A DNA stretch of 63,868 nt, filler included, from Stramenopiles sp. TOSAG23-6 (taxonomy: Eukaryota): assembly GCA_900128565.1 (NCBI GenBank). It is 16 parts of 16 records of this genome, joined end to end, with 100 filler letters (N's around TTAATTAATTAA, not from the genome) between each part and the next. Parts side by side here need not be neighbours in the genome. Positions count along the whole stretch, not along the records: positions 59,989 to 63,868 come from LT637338.1; 15 more parts are not named here. One strand, given 5' to 3'. The translations under genes were made by a program, and so were the position numbers. The notes beneath the pieces are model-generated. The model searched no databases, had not been told where the DNA came from, and saw only the letters and a list, made by a program, of their open reading frames with translations. Positions 60,966 to 63,868 of this stretch are shown here, one piece after another. Numbering within the stretch: the stretch's first letter is position 1; each line of letters opens with the position of its first letter.

Positions 60966-61756
60966 ATGTCATCATCATCGGTACTTGAGGAAAATAAAAA
61001 ATTCTCTGTCAAAGAATTGAAAGCAATCATTGTTTCTCATGGTTTTTCATATACTGATTGCATAACAAAGAGTGATTTGTTGGAAAGAGCCACAGAAGCT
61101 CAACGTAATCCACAGAAAGAAACAAAAACAGCAAGTATTCCAACAGTCCAAACGTTTCATCAAAGTCAACAAAAGATTGGAGTGTTTGACTGTGAAGTTG
61201 TAAATACATGTTCTGGAGATGAATGCGACTTTGCCATTGTCTTTTTTCATGGATACAACGCTTCCGCTGCCAACTTTGCACCTTTAGCCAAAACACTTGG
61301 GAAACATCCCATATTATCACATAGAGCTCAACGCATTCGCTGGATTTTCCCTCAAGCGAGTCCAAAACCTGAATGGTGGCCGCTTAATTTGATGGAATGG
61401 CAAATGGCCATGCTTGTAGGTTTTTTTTTTTTTTTCATTTGTTAGGTACAAAATTTCGTACGAAAAAAAAATTTTTCATTTTTTTTTTTGTATACAATTT
61501 CATACTTAACCACTAAAATTTTTTTTTTTTTTTTTTGAAAAATACAGTCAGGTACTGATGCCGTAGGTAAACTTCTACGAACAACTCCTGAAGGATTTCG
61601 TGTTGCATCAACAAAAAGTTGTCAATTTATTTCGGATGTAGCACAATATTTAAAAATACCTGTATCCAAAATTATTATTGGAGGGTTTAGTCAAGGAGCA
61701 ATGATGTCAGTTGAAACAGCTTTGTCTCATACTGAACAATGTTTAGCTTTATTAGT
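60966..61756 (+). CDS. Phospholipase/carboxylesterase (acyl-protein thioesterase-like) with N-terminal SAP-like motif; intron 61416-61547 (GT-AG); mirror copy 62101-62891
   Basis: SVKELK.I...G..Y..C..K.DL; IVFFHGY, WIFPQA, WWPL, IIIGGFSQGAM. Confidence 0.88.
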
Positions 61757-63834
61757 GTATGTTTTTTTTTTTTGAAAAAAAAAAAAAAAAAAAAAAATTT
61801 NAAAATTTTTTTTTCGTAGTAATTTTTNTACCTAAAAAAAAAAAATTAATTTTTCAAAAAAAAAAAAAAAAAATTTCAAAATGTTTTTTTTCGTAGAAAC
61901 TTTTGTACCTAAGAAAAAAAAAAAAATTAATTTTTTTTTTTTTCTTAGGTACAAAAGTTTCTACGAAAAAAAACATTTTGAAATTTTTTTTTTTTTTTTT
62001 TGAAAAATTAATTTTTTTTTTTTAGGTANAAAAATTACTACGAAAAAAAAATTTTNAAATTTTTTTTTTTTTTTTTTTTTTTCAAAAAAAAAAAACATAC
62101 ACTAATAAAGCTAAACATTGTTCAGTATGAGACAAAGCTGTTTCAACTGACATCATTGCTCCTTGACTAAACCCTCCAATAATAATTTTGGATACAGGTA
62201 TTTTTAAATATTGTGCTACATCCGAAATAAATTGACAACTTTTTGTTGATGCAACACGAAATCCTTCAGGAGTTGTTCGTAGAAGTTTACCTACGGCATC
62301 AGTACCTGACTGTATTTTTCAAAAAAAAAAAAAAAAAATTTTAGTGGTTAAGTATGAAATTGTATACAAAAAAAAAAATGAAAAATTTTTTTTTCGTACG
62401 AAATTTTGTACCTAACAAATGAAAAAAAAAAAAAAACCTACAAGCATGGCCATTTGCCATTCCATCAAATTAAGCGGCCACCATTCAGGTTTTGGACTCG
62501 CTTGAGGGAAAATCCAGCGAATGCGTTGAGCTCTATGTGATAATATGGGATGTTTCCCAAGTGTTTTGGCTAAAGGTGCAAAGTTGGCAGCGGAAGCGTT
62601 GTATCCATGAAAAAAGACAATGGCAAAGTCGCATTCATCTCCAGAACATGTATTTACAACTTCACAGTCAAACACTCCAATCTTTTGTTGACTTTGATGA
62701 AACGTTTGGACTGTTGGAATACTTGCTGTTTTTGTTTCTTTCTGTGGATTACGTTGAGCTTCTGTGGCTCTTTCCAACAAATCACTCTTTGTTATGCAAT
62801 CAGTATATGAAAAACCATGAGAAACAATGATTGCTTTCAATTCTTTGACAGAGAATTTTTTATTTTCCTCAAGTACCGATGATGATGACATTTTCTATCA
62901 AATACACAATACAATGAAATATTTACAATTACACTAGTGTTACATGTAGATACGATTCATATGAATACGTAGTAGTACGTATGTGAAAACAATGGAATAA
63001 CAACGTTTTTCACAATCTCTCGAAATGCTCTCTCGAATAATCAAACAGTCAGTCATACAACAAAAACCCTAACCCTAGCTTATACTTTGTTTACAAAAAA
63101 CTTTTAAAAAAACGGACCGACGGTTACTTTATTCACATACTACTTCAATCTATATACTAGTATAGTTTTTAATACTACTACAACTATAACTACAACTACA
63201 ACTATTACCAACCTTTACATAGTACTATCAAACTATTTAGATTTGATCCAGAGAAGACTATTGTAATCACAATACTTCGATATGCAAAACATAGCTTTAC
63301 TTGGTCATGGTAAAAAGAAACACAAATTAACGACATATTTCATCTTGTATGCTCTTTTTTTTTCTATAGATGCAGTACATTCGATTATCATTGAACCTGA
63401 AAATATTCAAATATATGGCTCAGGACCATCTGATTGCTTTCGTGTTTTAGGTAAATTTGCATATGTTCCACCTGGTAGTGGTAAAATCGGTTTTGCAGAT
63501 TTAATTATTCAAGCACCTGCACAATATAAGAATCTTTCTATTGGTGTATTTAGCAATGTTGATAATTTAGATTATGTTTTGGACAATTCTGTGCTTTGTT
63601 CCGATAAAATGAATTATGCAATGGAAAATAAAAATTTATTTCACCTATCAAAAGATGGTGAACCAAACACTGCAACAGATGATCAAAATTGGATTTCAAT
63701 GACTGCTAATGTGGACCAAATGAATGCATTCACTTTGGGATGGACATCAAAACAAAGTTTGTTTCCAAAATTAATTTTTTTTTTTGAATTTTTTTTTCGT
63801 ACGAAATTTTGTACCTAACAGTTTTTTTATTATC

Positions 63835-63868
<34 letters not shown>

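Larger units (their letters stand above)
59989..63868. repeat. Whole-scaffold perfect palindrome centred at 61928/61929 (artefact)
   Basis: Second half is the reverse complement of the first, including mirrored N bases (61801/62056, 61828/62029). Confidence 0.97.

Noticed and set aside
59989-63868. 3.9-kb perfect palindrome with duplicated genes (hairpin or linear element?)
   Set aside because: Ambiguous N bases are mirrored and the centre falls in a homopolymer-rich repeat intron, so this is an assembly or amplification artefact.

Overview
This window is not contiguous. It holds 16 unrelated eukaryotic scaffolds of about 3.9 kb, joined by artificial N-TTAATTAATTAA-N linkers. The genes point to an AT-rich flagellated protist (CFAP20, delta-tubulin, kinesin-5, MSH6, strawberry-notch, NSUN5, DRG2, MRI1, ABCA, mitochondrial GluRS, Myb, CaMK, tRNA-Asp). 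A stramenopile/MAST-type single-cell or metagenomic assembly is my inference. The main discovery is a repetitive family of roughly 87-160 nt introns interrupting conserved genes, consensus GTAYGTTTT...TTTCGTACGAAATTTTGTACCTAAC...AAATATTTTT-CACAATAC-AT. I joined exons by hand for 22 complete, frame-restoring introns: 15 end in AT, 2 in TT and only 5 in AG. In three cases a nearby AG must be skipped. In 11 of 22 the last two exon bases repeat the last two intron bases (TSD-like), and the two ends are inverted-complementary. This looks like an introner/MITE-derived expansion of GT-AT introns, with the 3' splice site set by position or structure rather than by AG. Secondary observations are a possible aGPT-Pplase1-like DNA-modification gene, head-to-head ~104-bp satellite arrays, orphan secreted proteins and several assembly artefacts.
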